The position numbers were made by a program, and so were the translations under genes. From Verrucomicrobiota bacterium (GTDB taxonomy: Bacteria > Verrucomicrobiota > Verrucomicrobiia > Limisphaerales > AAA164-E04): a stretch of 64,000 nt of DNA. The notes under the pieces are model-generated. The model worked only from the letters and a program-made list of their open reading frames with translations, was not told the DNA's origin and searched no databases. The stretch lies in the NCBI GenBank assembly GCA_047947115.1, contig CP170459.1, forward strand, positions 3,744,001 to 3,808,000, read 5' to 3'. Position 1 is the stretch's first letter; every line of letters starts with the position of its first letter. This document shows, in pieces, positions 1-10,492 of this stretch.

Positions 1-829
1 TTCCCATCGGTTCAAGACCAGGGCTGGTGCGATTCTCAGCACGGGGGCGGGTTTCGTCACCTTTGATGCCCAGCGCGGCGGATTCTATGCCAGTGGATCG
101 GGTTACGATAGCGGGCAATTGTACACGGGGTTCAGTCGCCTGGTCGGCTTGGGCAGGGATCGGGAGGTCTGGACTTACACCGAATCGATCGGGGGGCAGA
201 CCTACAACGTCCGCAGAACGACCCGATGGGTGTCCGATACTGAGAAAGTGGTGACGTCACAGCGGGAGGGAGGCGCCGCGACCGCCGACGTCGTACGATT
301 GACGAAGGTGGTGAAGGGACAGGGTAAAGGTCAGGGCCAGGGAAAGATTGCCCCCTCCTCGCTAGAGGATTTCTACGAATTCTGTGACTTGTTGGAGGGA
401 CGTTGGATGCGCGATGTGATCCTGATTGCCGACTGGCCCGGGGTCGGATTGAAACGGGGGGAAACACTGACCGGCTATGATTCGTTCTCAAAATTACTGG
501 ACGGGGAGTTACTACAGTGGCGTTCGTCTGCTGGAGAAGCGGAATACACCGCCTTTTTCCACTGGGACAGCGCGTCCTCAACCATCCAGACCACGGCCTA
601 CAACGCCTCTGGCGCCATGCATCATCTGGTGTGGTGGAAGGAGGGAGACGGTCATTATACGTTTAAGTTGGATCGAGCCTTTGAGCGAGATGGCAGGCGA
701 TTGAAAGGGCAGGCAAGTTTTGTTTTCGAGGACGATGGCCGTGCCTTTCGATTCCTCGGGGAAGGCCTCAAGCTGGGGGGTGAAAAACTGGATCCCCTCC
801 GTGACGTGTTCCGTAAGGTTTCCAAGTAA
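1..829 (+). CDS. 5'-truncated hypothetical protein with lipocalin/DUF1579-like beta-barrel domains
   Basis: Frame of ORF 119..829 is open from base 2 (SHRFKTRAGAILSTGAGFV...). Contains an 'LLEGRW' strand motif like neighbouring island proteins and a GQGKGQGQGK linker. Confidence 0.7.
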   Translation, partial: SHRFKTRAGAILSTGAGFVTFDAQRGGFYASGSGYDSGQLYTGFSRLVGLGRDREVWTYTESIGGQTYNVRRTTRWVSDTEKVVTSQREGGAATADVVRLTKVVKGQGKGQGQGKIAPSSLEDFYEFCDLLEGRWMRDVILIADWPGVGLKRGETLTGYDSFSKLLDGELLQWRSSAGEAEYTAFFHWDSASSTIQTTAYNASGAMHHLVWWKEGDGHYTFKLDRAFERDGRRLKGQASFVFEDDGRAFRFLGEGLKLGGEKLDPLRDVFRKVSK

Positions 830-902
830 AGGCGTGTACCCTTCACCATGTTATGGAGGGAAAAAACGCCTGTAACTGAAGCGAAGATAAAGCCGAAAAG
901 AA

Positions 903-2705
903 ATGAACAAGAGATTAGTGAGTCTGTTTTTACTGGGATCCTTTTGCGTCACGGGATGGGCGCAGGATTGGTCCGCGATGCGGGGCGCCTGGAAGAGGGA
1001 AAACCGATACCGTTTTCAATGGGATGTCGATGACACCGATCTTTCGGCCGTCATCGGTCTGCAAGTGGATGCTGAAGGCACGGTCGAGAGCATGTGGGAG
1101 GCTTGGGTAGCGCCGCCCAATGAAAACGGATTCAGCCCCCGGATGTATGTGAGTTCCGGCGGGACGGTGGGCTATGCGGCCCAAACCTTCAAAGACGGGG
1201 AGATGCATCTTTTTTGGATGCCCCGGAACGGAGGAGGGGGTGGGGGGCATGTCTCGGCCAAGCTCTCCAAGGATGGGATGTCGACGGAACAGCGGGGAGG
1301 AATGTCGCTTGGTCCGAACGGTTTTTCGGAAAACACCGGGTTGAAAATAGGCCTGACCAAGTTGCCTAACAGCGATGTGAAGGGTTGGAAAACCCTTCGC
1401 GCGCTCCGCGAATCAGGGGTGATCAAGATGTCCGATCCGAATGAGACATCCCTTTTCGAACCCAGCCTGGAACCGCTTCTGGGGCGTTGGCAGTCGACTC
1501 GGCCCGACGGCAGCCTGGCGTTGGAGATTCGCTGGAGGCCCTCTTGCCAGGGAGCATTTTTAGTGGAGCGTTACGCTTTCTTTGACGAAGCCGGCAGGGT
1601 CACCGCTTCGGGACTCAACATTAGCGGGAAAGATCCGTTTTCCGATCAGGTCTTAATGTGGGGCAACAGTGATCAAGGCTTTCACCAAAAGGGGGGGTGG
1701 GATTTTAAAGGGGATAAGAGCTTCATCCAGCGCGAGGGCAACCACCGATTGGTTCGAAACCTCAAAGAGGATGGCACGATCCAGGCCCACTGGGAGCAGA
1801 GAGTGAACGGGGAATACCAGAAGGGCAAAGACTCCCAGTCTTATCGGTTGACCAAGGTTCCCTCCAGCGATGAGGCACTCTCTGTCATAGAGACTCACAT
1901 TGACCGTTTTGTCACCGTGTTCAACCGAGGGGATTTACGCGAGCTAAAAAAGCTCTACGCGAAAGATATCGTCAAGGTCACGAGTCGATCCAGAAATCCG
2001 TTGATCGGGTGGGATGCGGTAAGGGCGGATTTTGAAGGACGCGCAGGGGCGGCGGATAAATTGAAGGCCAAGGTTTTACGTGCCTCATTTTTAACGCCTG
2101 AATACGTGATGGGATCAGGTGAGTTCATGTTCGTCGGGCCGGATGGTAAGACCAAGGCTGCTGGTAAGTGGGGTAATGTTTTCCGCATTGAGAACGGTCG
2201 TTGTCTGCTGGTGCAGGAAGCGGCGTTTCTGAACCGGATCGAGGGGGCTGCCTTTGATGCTTCCGGCTGGGAGCTCGGATCCGTTCAGGCGGACAGGCTG
2301 ACAAAGTCCGAGCGTTCGGCTTACCGGAGTGCTGATCGCAGTATCGCGGACTACGTTGAAGGTTGGAAGCGGCGGGAGGTCGGGGCCTTGGTTGATGTGT
2401 TTCACCATGCCGCGATCCGTTCGGTTTCAGGCGTCGAGGGAGTTCGATGGAATCACGCTTCGATTGAGCGATCTTTCAAACAGGAGTTGGCTGGATCAAT
2501 AGGTCAGCAGTCGCCTGAACTTGAGGCCGTGACACTGGGTGCGCGCCCCATTGGCGGAAGAATGGTGATGGCGTTTGGTCAATGGCAGGGCAAGTCCAAG
2601 GAGGGCGGCCGGGTGACCGAGGGGGGGCTCTGGGGCAATGTCCTGTTGCAAGACGGTGACCAGGTCAAAATCATACTCGAGTCCGCAGGTGTTTATCAGC
2701 CGTAA
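903..2705 (+). CDS. Secreted protein: two beta-barrel-like domains plus two C-terminal NTF2/SnoaL (DUF4440-like) domains
   Basis: Signal peptide MNKRLVSLFLLGSFCVTGWA. 'FVTVFNRGDLRELKKLYAKD..LIGWDAVRADF' and 'YVEGWKRREVGALVDVFHHAA' are SnoaL-type. The N-half matches the N-half of 11649..13733. Confidence 0.75.
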   Translation: MNKRLVSLFLLGSFCVTGWAQDWSAMRGAWKRENRYRFQWDVDDTDLSAVIGLQVDAEGTVESMWEAWVAPPNENGFSPRMYVSSGGTVGYAAQTFKDGEMHLFWMPRNGGGGGGHVSAKLSKDGMSTEQRGGMSLGPNGFSENTGLKIGLTKLPNSDVKGWKTLRALRESGVIKMSDPNETSLFEPSLEPLLGRWQSTRPDGSLALEIRWRPSCQGAFLVERYAFFDEAGRVTASGLNISGKDPFSDQVLMWGNSDQGFHQKGGWDFKGDKSFIQREGNHRLVRNLKEDGTIQAHWEQRVNGEYQKGKDSQSYRLTKVPSSDEALSVIETHIDRFVTVFNRGDLRELKKLYAKDIVKVTSRSRNPLIGWDAVRADFEGRAGAADKLKAKVLRASFLTPEYVMGSGEFMFVGPDGKTKAAGKWGNVFRIENGRCLLVQEAAFLNRIEGAAFDASGWELGSVQADRLTKSERSAYRSADRSIADYVEGWKRREVGALVDVFHHAAIRSVSGVEGVRWNHASIERSFKQELAGSIGQQSPELEAVTLGARPIGGRMVMAFGQWQGKSKEGGRVTEGGLWGNVLLQDGDQVKIILESAGVYQP

Positions 2706-2789
2706 TCGGTCGCTCAAATGGAGCTTTTCGAGCCGTTCGATCAACAATCACGACAGAATTTTAAAAATGAAACAAAGATAACAGAAAAA

Positions 2790-4460
2790 ATGAAAACAAA
2801 GATAACAGATAGAATGAAGGGGGCGGCATGGCGTTTGGGCGGGATGCTTTTCCTCGTGATGCTGCCCTTGGCCGGGTTGTCGCAACAGGGGCAGGGTCGG
2901 TCTTTTGAGGTGCGGCTCAAGGAAGCGACGAAACCATGGGACTACGGCGTGATCGCCTACGTCGCGGTCGATCCGGCGAAGGAAGATCTTTACCTGGAGT
3001 TCGTCGAGGAATGGGCCGAGGAGATCGACAATCGGATTATCGAAAAAGGCTATGCCCTTCAATCGGGTTGGAACAAAACCGATTCGGATTCAGCAGTGTC
3101 TAACTATGTCTATTGGATGGTCTCCCGGGAAGTGGAGGCCATGTTGCCTGGTAATCCTCTGGGAAGTGCCATGATGAATGAGGTTTGGAGTGAGATCGCA
3201 AAAGAGGAGGGTGAGGCGAAGGCGGAAGCGATAAAGACCCGTCTCGAACAGAAATTCGAAGCCTCTGCCAAGATGATCGGCACGCAGACCGTCGCCCTGA
3301 TTGATTGGACCTATGCCACCGACTGGGAAGCTGTTGATTTTGACAAGGTCCGAATAGAGTTCGGCCAGATGGTTCCTCGCGAGGGTAAAGAGCAGGCGTA
3401 TGTGGCTTTGGAACGGGATTATTTTTCAAAGCTCTGGCAGTCCCACTTAGGTTTTGACTTCTCATTCACAGGGTGGAGCATGATGAAGGAAATCGCGAGC
3501 ACTGGCGTGACCCCGGAGGCCCCTTTCATCACCATCCGAACCTACCGTAGTGACAAACCTTCCCCGACCGCAGCCCAGTGGGAAGCATTCAGGAAAACCA
3601 GCCTCAAACTGCCGGAAGGGACGAACATGGGGGCTTTGAGAGAATTCACGAATATCACCTATCGGGGCGTCCATACCTCTGACGCAACCCGGTCGCCTGA
3701 GGCAAAGGCTTGGTCGGACTTGGTCGGCACTTGGACGGCTCGAAATCCCAATGGCGGATGGCGGACGAAGACGATCAGTCCCTTCATTGAACAGATCCAG
3801 TACTTTGGCCCTGATGGCAAGATGGGTGGTGAGCAGCGTAAACCGATGTCGATCCGTCACATCAAGGGACTCAATTACTTTAGTGCTCACATGTCGGGAG
3901 GTAACTACACCAGCATTTTCGATGTGCATGACGGCAAATGGTATGAGCAATCCAGATCGATCTTTGAGGAGGCCAGTGGTCAGCCGGACCGCTTCTTTAT
4001 TTACAGCAAATCGGACCAACCCGAGCCGATTGACCGATCCGCATTCACAAGAAGTGGACCCGAAATCGAACAGGTTAAGGCAACCGTTCAGGCCTATGCA
4101 GCGGGTGACATTGACGCCTATCTAAGCCATTTCACCGAGAATGCCACCGCCGGCCACAACAGTTGGTCGAGAGAAGGGAGTGTGCCGGTCTCGACCATCG
4201 CCGCCGTTCATCGGGATCATCACCGTCAGCTGGCTGGGAAGATCGAGATCACCAAGTCAATCTATGAACTGGTTACCCTCAAGGGAGGTGGAAAACATGC
4301 TCACGCCTGGTTGAACTTCAAACACACCTACAAGACCGGCGAGATCGTCGAAGTGCCCGTCTTTGTGGCGTTTGGGATCAATCGGCAGAACAAGATCACA
4401 TACGAGTGGGCCTTCTATGACAGCGCTCTCCTGCCCAAGGCCTCGCCCTATAAAGAGTAG
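2790..4460 (+). CDS. Secreted protein: dimeric alpha/beta-barrel (NIPSNAP-like) region + lipocalin-like domain + SnoaL domain
   Basis: Signal-like N-terminus; start 2790 or 2814 is more likely than 2718. Paralog of 7106..8803, sharing LVGTWT..NP.G..RTKT, HDGKWYEQ, GGKHAH.W.N and VFVAFG..K.TYEWA. Confidence 0.75.
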   Translation: MKTKITDRMKGAAWRLGGMLFLVMLPLAGLSQQGQGRSFEVRLKEATKPWDYGVIAYVAVDPAKEDLYLEFVEEWAEEIDNRIIEKGYALQSGWNKTDSDSAVSNYVYWMVSREVEAMLPGNPLGSAMMNEVWSEIAKEEGEAKAEAIKTRLEQKFEASAKMIGTQTVALIDWTYATDWEAVDFDKVRIEFGQMVPREGKEQAYVALERDYFSKLWQSHLGFDFSFTGWSMMKEIASTGVTPEAPFITIRTYRSDKPSPTAAQWEAFRKTSLKLPEGTNMGALREFTNITYRGVHTSDATRSPEAKAWSDLVGTWTARNPNGGWRTKTISPFIEQIQYFGPDGKMGGEQRKPMSIRHIKGLNYFSAHMSGGNYTSIFDVHDGKWYEQSRSIFEEASGQPDRFFIYSKSDQPEPIDRSAFTRSGPEIEQVKATVQAYAAGDIDAYLSHFTENATAGHNSWSREGSVPVSTIAAVHRDHHRQLAGKIEITKSIYELVTLKGGGKHAHAWLNFKHTYKTGEIVEVPVFVAFGINRQNKITYEWAFYDSALLPKASPYKE

Positions 4461-4516
4461 GAACCTCATTGGGCGAGTCCTGCGAATCGCGGCAAAAAGG
4501 CATAAATCGAACCACC

Positions 4517-4711
4517 ATGACAATTCCCAATAGACTGAAAAAATCCCTCCGAGCGATCGTCGTCGTCGGTTGTCCTCAAGGGGCTATGGTCACGCACGCG
4601 TCCATGCCCGAGGCCGTTAAAGCGAGTCTAAACCGGATGGTGGGGCAATGGGTGCTGAGCACCGAACTCGGCGACCGTACTGTTACCGAAAGCATTACCT
4701 TTGAGTCGTCA
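4517..4711 (+). pseudogene. 5' fragment of another secreted beta-barrel protein, truncated by the IS3 remnant
   Basis: MTIPNRLKK...ASLNRMVGQWVLS resembles the island 'L.G.W' motif. The frame runs directly into the IS sequence at ~4712. Confidence 0.55.
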
Positions 4712-5733
4712 ATTCTCTCCTGAACTTGTCGTGGAAACTTTCGACATACCCGTTCTACCATGGGCTACCAGGATCAATGTAGAGCGTTTTGATACCCTGT
4801 TCCTTGAGCCACTCTCCCAATGAACGTCCGATAAACTCTGGACCATTGTCCGATCGGATGAAGTCAGGTGCTCCATATTTGTCGATCATTTTTTCCATCA
4901 GTGCTTGAACCGTCTTGGAACCTATATGTCTGGCCACATGGAGACAATGGGCCTGGCGCGTGTATTCATCGACAACACTCAAAATCCGGCAACTGCCTCC
5001 TTTGAGTGTCCAGTCATGGATAAAATCCCAAGTCCATACATGCCCGGGATAGGATGCCTTCTGCGGGTGCCGTCCAGTGGATTGCCCCAATCGCCGCTGC
5101 TTTTTCTTTGGAGGTGGAACCAGGAGCCCTTCTTGCCGACGAACCTGTCTGACTCGATCATTACTGACTCTATGGTTCTCATTACGCACTAACCTCCCAA
5201 TCTTATCTGCTCCTCATTCCGGGTATTCATGACTAAGCCTGACAATGGCCTGTTCCACAGCAAAGCGGTATGGTGACGGAAACTTGGCTTCGTATCGGAA
5301 CGTGGACCTATTGATTTCAAAGAAACGGCAAGCTTGCCGTTGAGAGCAACCTTCCTCTTTCTTGGCCTGTCTGGCAAGATCGCGGCGATGAGCGGGGCTC
5401 AAAGCTTTTTTTCAATGGTCTCCTTGAGAACTTTGATTCCAAGCATGGCCTCGGCATACATTTTCTTGAGCTCGGCATTTTCCTTTTCCAGGGCGTTCAA
5501 CCGCTTGGCATCGGCTTCACTCATGAGGCCGTATTTTTTGCGCCACCGATGGAGAGTTGCTATGGATATTTGCTTCTGCCTACGGAACGCCTCCTGGTTC
5601 AGATCGCTCCTATCGGCCTCCCGCAACAAGCGGATAATTTCTTCTGGTTTGTGTCTTTTTTGCTTCATTGTGAGTTGTTTTGTTTATTCAAAACTTCTCA
5701 CTCGCTTTGGGCCAGTTTTTCAGGCGGCGGCCA
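4712..5733 (-). mobile_element. Degenerate IS3-family element (IS407-like orfA 5399..5668; broken orfB)
   Basis: Left end TGGCCGCCGCCTGAAAAACTGGCCC at 5733. orfA HTH motif ...TLHRWRKKYG. orfB motifs WTWDF, SDNGPEF, PGSPW*NGYVESFHDKFRRE, with a frameshift and a nonsense codon. Right end missing. Confidence 0.9.
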
Positions 5734-6180
5734 TCGCCTTTGACTGAGTTTTTTCAAGTTGGGCTCAATCATTTGTCGTCGATGTCCAAACCCAACTGCA
5801 CGCACTTTTTTTGCAGCCACTCCACCTCCATGGTCAACTGGCCAACCTTGGCCTGTAGGGCATTTCGCACCGGAGTAAAGTCCTTGTCCTTCTTCTTTTT
5901 CGTATCTTTCTCGAAGGCGGAATCCATGTTGTCCATCAGATGCTTCTTCCATTCACTTACCTGGACCGGATGGATCTAATATTACGCCGCAATCTCTGAT
6001 GCCGTCTTGATACCCTTAATGGCCTCCATGGCCACTCTTGCCTTAAATTTGGAGCTATGGCGCCGCCTGTTCTGTTTGCTCATTCTGATTTTGTCCTTTG
6101 ACTTGCGTCATCCTACAAAACCCAAGCTCTTTATCAAAAATTTAGCTTAACTCCTGGCCCAGTTTTCCGGGTCCGCCACA
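5734..6180 (-). mobile_element. IS3-family remnant (left end plus orfA with internal stops), related to IS at 10120
   Basis: End TGTGGCGGACCCGGAAAACTGGGCCA at 6180. Reading from 6084 gives MSKQNRRRHSSKFKARVAMEAIKGIKTASEIAA*Y*IHPVQVSEWKK...QAKVGQLTMEVEWLQKKC, homologous to orfA 10196..10492. Confidence 0.85.
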
Positions 6181-6278
6181 ATAGGCAATGGAGGGGCCAT
6201 TGCATCGTGTAAATATGATGGAACCTGGCATGTCTCGTGTCGATCACAAAGAGGAAGTTTGTGCAATGGATCGATGGT

Positions 6279-6839
6279 CTACTTGGAGCCTTTTGGGGCT
6301 GACTGCGCAGCGATGCGTTTGTGTTCGGTCGATGGCAGTTGGTTGACGCGTCCTTGGGCATCGATCTGGATTCGGATGAAAGTGTAGTTCTCATCGTCGC
6401 GTCGAATGTCCATTCCGACATGCGATTCGATCTCTCCATCCTCATTCAGGCTCTCGGTTCGGAAGATGGTCTTGTCCTTGAACAAGGAGCCCTTGTTTTC
6501 CCAGTAATCGCCCTTGCTGTTGATGAAAACAGTTCTCACGGTTTTTTCTTTCTTGTCGTAAAACCGCATTCCGTGAATTTGGTTGCCGTTGCTGTGGCTT
6601 CCCTGGATTTGAATCATCGTACCCTTCAACTGAGCAGTGAAGGAAACCGTCCACTTGCCGTCTGGGAAGGTGGCTTGCCATGTGCCGAGCTGCCAGGCCA
6701 TGGGTTGAAGGGGGCTGATAAGGTTTTGCTCATCGGCTCTTGTCATGCTAACCCATGGCAGTATGACAAGGAACAGGGTCCAGACGGAGGCCCGGAGGTG
6801 GTAACTGATATTATTTAGCAATCTCACATTGATAACCAC
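6279..6839 (-). CDS. Secreted single-domain beta-barrel (DUF1579/lipocalin-like) protein
   Basis: Hydrophobic signal followed by PLQPMAWQLGTWQ motif; 186 aa; start uncertain. Confidence 0.65.
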   Translation of the reverse strand: MVINVRLLNNISYHLRASVWTLFLVILPWVSMTRADEQNLISPLQPMAWQLGTWQATFPDGKWTVSFTAQLKGTMIQIQGSHSNGNQIHGMRFYDKKEKTVRTVFINSKGDYWENKGSLFKDKTIFRTESLNEDGEIESHVGMDIRRDDENYTFIRIQIDAQGRVNQLPSTEHKRIAAQSAPKGSK

Positions 6840-6884
6840 GACTTGTGGGTACCAACTGCGCCAAAAAAATCTCCTTAGATGTTG

Positions 6885-6912
6885 GGTGGACTTAATTCAG
6901 GTGTCCCAGGTA
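6885..6912. repeat. Orphan IS3 terminal inverted repeat of the IS at 8872/14024
   Basis: GGTGGACTTAATTCAGGTGTCCCAGGTA matches the reverse complement of TGCCTGGGACCCCTGAATTAAGTCCACC (14024) at 26/28 positions. Confidence 0.85.
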
Positions 6913-7105
6913 ATTCATTTTTTTAACGCCATTTGAAGTGATGCATGGCCGAAATTGCTATCTTTTGTGACCAAAAGAAATCGTTTAGCCCGGTGGCCGA
7001 TTTATCGCGCATTTAATATGCAGAAACCAGTCAAAAAATTTGCAATCTTGTGACTTTTTTGGCGGGTTTATCCCGCGTTGCACGTTTCAATATTGTAATT
7101 CATCT

Positions 7106-8803
7106 ATGAAAAATACAAGACTTCTCATAATTTATACACTATTAGCCACTTTGTTGGCAAGCTGCGCTACAACGAACCAGACTTCGACCGAAATTGCCGC
7201 ACCGAAAGCAGAACAAAATCAACAAACCACACCGGCCGAAGAAGTTCCTTATTCGGTTCGCTTAAAGCAAGCAAGGCAACCGTACGGATTTGTCCTATTC
7301 CAGAGCATGGATGTTGCTGATGGAATGGAGAAACAATATCTAAGGGTTGAAAAGGAGTGGCTTAAAATCCACGAACATTTGGCCAAGCAGGGAAAAATCC
7401 TTTCCTGGGGCCTGGCCAAAGCCAGAGAGAATAGTCTTGGTTATGAATACGTAACCTGGAAGACGTTTAGGTCACTAAAGGACCTAGAGGCAACTTACGA
7501 TTGGGACGAATTAGGAAAGTGGATGGGACAAGAAAAATTAGATCTGCTTTTCGAAAAGACAAATGAGGCAAGAACGATAACTGGAAGTCAAGTCCTGCGG
7601 CTGCGCGACTACGCTCAAATGCCCTTATCCCAGACAAGCATTTTTGAGAACCTCTCACCACAAGACATCTCATTCAGGTTAAATTTCCTCGCCCCAACAC
7701 CTGGAAAAAGAGCCAAATATTTGGAGATTGTCGAAAAGGCATACAGTCCATTGTTTGAGAAAAGGGCCGAGATAGACAAAACTTTCCTCGGCTGGGAATA
7801 TCAGGAGCTCATGTATTACAATGGCCAGGGCAACACAGAGCCATTTAGAGGAATAGATATTTTTAGAAATGACATCCCAGAGCTGACAGAAGCTGAGCAA
7901 GAAATCGTAAATGCTGAACTCCCAAGCTGGCCGGAGGATATCTACCCAATGTCAAAGCGCGGGGAGTTACGGACTATGACTACCGTCACCTTCGATATTG
8001 TGCAGGTCATCATGCAAAATGCTGAATCGACTCTCATGAATGAGCTAGTTGGCACTTGGACACACACAAACCCTGATGGCTCATACCGAACAAAAACAGT
8101 TACTCCTTATGCTGAGCAACTCAGTTTTTTCGCTTCAGATGGAACTCTTTTGCAGAAAAGGCAGCCTATTCCCTTGCGCATCGAAGCAAGCAACAAATTG
8201 ACTAGGTTCACGGGCTTTTTCCCAAATGGAAAAACATGGAATGCGTCCATACAAATTCACGATGGAAAATGGTATGAGCAGGATAGAGCCTTCACCGACC
8301 TCGAACAGTTTGATGGTGTTTATCCAGCGGCGCCCGATGCCTACTTCGTCTACGAAAAGTCAGCAGAACCGGCTCAAAGAAATCTTGCTGCCTACGACAA
8401 TTCTGAGGAAGGCACGGCCCTAATTCGAAACATCGTAGAATCATATGCCAAGGGTGATTTCAAAAAACTTCGTAGCTACTTTAGTGATGATGCAAAAGTT
8501 GTTCACAACCAATGGGGACCAGCCGCCGAAGGAATAACTATCGATGAGCTAATTGAGACTCATAAAAAACACCATGCCACACTTGCAAAACCTGTCGAAG
8601 TCCTGAATAGCATCTACGAAGCGGTCACATTGCCAAATGGCGGCAAACATGCACATGGATGGATTAACATGCGTAATACAACCAAATCAGGAGAAGTCAC
8701 AGACACCAACGTTTTCGTCGCATTTGGTGTAGGAAATGATGGCAAAGCCACCTATGAATGGGCTCTTTTCGACCCGGCAGGAATACCATCATACCAAAAG
8801 TAG
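7106..8803 (+). CDS. Lipoprotein: NIPSNAP-like region + lipocalin-like + SnoaL domain (paralog of 2790..4460)
   Basis: ATG at 7106 gives MKNTRLLIIYTLLATLLASC (lipobox LASC). Shares motifs with 2790..4460 and 11649..13733. Confidence 0.8.
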   Translation: MKNTRLLIIYTLLATLLASCATTNQTSTEIAAPKAEQNQQTTPAEEVPYSVRLKQARQPYGFVLFQSMDVADGMEKQYLRVEKEWLKIHEHLAKQGKILSWGLAKARENSLGYEYVTWKTFRSLKDLEATYDWDELGKWMGQEKLDLLFEKTNEARTITGSQVLRLRDYAQMPLSQTSIFENLSPQDISFRLNFLAPTPGKRAKYLEIVEKAYSPLFEKRAEIDKTFLGWEYQELMYYNGQGNTEPFRGIDIFRNDIPELTEAEQEIVNAELPSWPEDIYPMSKRGELRTMTTVTFDIVQVIMQNAESTLMNELVGTWTHTNPDGSYRTKTVTPYAEQLSFFASDGTLLQKRQPIPLRIEASNKLTRFTGFFPNGKTWNASIQIHDGKWYEQDRAFTDLEQFDGVYPAAPDAYFVYEKSAEPAQRNLAAYDNSEEGTALIRNIVESYAKGDFKKLRSYFSDDAKVVHNQWGPAAEGITIDELIETHKKHHATLAKPVEVLNSIYEAVTLPNGGKHAHGWINMRNTTKSGEVTDTNVFVAFGVGNDGKATYEWALFDPAGIPSYQK

Positions 8804-8871
8804 AGTAAACATCGGATTACATGACAAAATGTCACACATTGTAATAATGGAAGGTAACGTGGTTCCTGAAA

Positions 8872-10119
8872 TGCCTGGGACCCCTGCATTAAGTCCACCT
8901 TGAGTGATAGGATTTTCCAGCTAAGAAAGGAAAATCCTAATGAAAAAGACACGTAGATCGCCCGAACAGATTATCCGCATCCTTCGTGACAGCGAAGGAC
9001 TGAGTGTGGATGAAGCCTGTCGCAGGCATGAGATCAGCGCGCCAACCTACCACCGCTGGAAAGCGAAGTATGGTGGAATGGGCGTCAAGGAAGCCCAGAG
9101 GCTGAGAAATATTGAGAAAGAGAACTCGGAGCTGAAGAAGATACTGGCCGAGCAGATGCTCAAATCCAAGGCACTGGAGATTGCTCTAGAAAAAAACCTC
9201 TGAGCCCGGAGCGTCGGCGTCGTATGGCTCTGAAGATTCAGGAGACGCTGTCATGTTCCGGGCGAAGTGTCTGTCGCTGGCTGGGATTGAATCGCAGCAC
9301 ACTGCGTTACGCTCCCAGGGCAGTGCCGGACAAGAAGAAGCTGCTTGAAGCGGTGATCGTGAAGATGTCGAAGAAGTATCCCTGCTTCGGCTATCGCAAG
9401 ATCACGCGTAAGCTGGTCGAGCAAGGCTGGGCCGTGGGCAAGAAGCTGGTGCAGCGTGTGCGTGAGGAGTGTTTAAAGGTGCCTGCTCCCAAGCCGCGCA
9501 AACGCCGTCAGGGCATCTCTACCGGGCTTCCTCAGCAGGCGAAGCATCGAAATCGTGTCTGGGCGTGGGACTTGGTTAGCGACCATACGGTGCTTGGAGG
9601 GAAACTGCGGGGCTTGAATCTGATCGACGAGTTTACGAAGGAATGCCACTGCATCCACTCTGACCGTGCGATCAAGGCAACGGACGTGCTGAGCATCCTC
9701 GAAGAAGCCATTAAGGAACATGGTGCACCCGAGTATATCCGCTCGGACAACGGGCAAGAGTTTATTGCTACAGCGATTCAGCAGTGGCTCCGGGATAGAA
9801 GGATCAAGACGATCTATATTGACCCTGGATGTCCTTGGCAGAACGGCTACTTGGAGAGCTTTAACGATAAGTTCCGCCGCGAGTGCCTGAACCGTGAACT
9901 AATCTAAACGTTGAGTGAATCCCGCGTCATCTTCGCCGATTACCGGCATCTTCATAACTACGAAAGACCGCATCGCTCTCTGGCTTGCTCACGCCCCAAG
10001 CGTATGCCAAACAACTTACCTACCTCTCTGGCCTCGGTCGGGCTACACCCTCCCTCAGACAGAGAGGCGGTCAACCGCAACCTAAATCACAAGTAAACAC
10101 CTGGAAAAAACCACTTGGA
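8872..10119 (+). mobile_element. IS3-family (IS407-like) element, orfB inactivated, right end replaced by next IS
   Basis: IRL TGCCTGGGACCCCTGCATTAAGTCCACC. orfA 8940..9203 with an A7C slippery run. orfB to 9907 (WAWD, SDNG, PWQNGYLESFN) ends at a premature TAA; the YERPHRSL tail follows the stop. Confidence 0.9.
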
Positions 10120-10195
10120 TGTAGTGCCCCCCAAAAAAGGGACCAGTAGTTAAGAGAGATTTTTCCGGTGTCAGAGAGTAAAATCGAGACACCAA

Positions 10196-10492
10196 ATGAA
10201 AGCAAAACGCAAACGATACGACGCCCAGTTCAAAGCCAAAATCGGCTTTGAAGCCATCCGTGGAATCAAGACGGTTCAGCAGATCGCCAAGGAAAACCAG
10301 ATCCATCCGACACAGGTGAATCAATGGAAGCAGATCCTCATTGAAGATGCTTCAAGTTTGTTTGAGGGGAAGCGTCCATCTCAGGACCAGGACGATTGGG
10401 CGAATGAACGAGACCGACTCCATGCCAAGATCGGGCAGCAAAGCGTTGAGATCGATTGGTTGGCAAAAAAGTGCAAGCAACTGCATCTCTAA
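10196..10492 (+). CDS. IS3 transposase OrfA
   Basis: HTH motif (FKAKIGFEAIRG...IHPTQVNQWK). A_AAA_AAG slippery site at 10465-10471. Confidence 0.9.
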   Translation: MKAKRKRYDAQFKAKIGFEAIRGIKTVQQIAKENQIHPTQVNQWKQILIEDASSLFEGKRPSQDQDDWANERDRLHAKIGQQSVEIDWLAKKCKQLHL

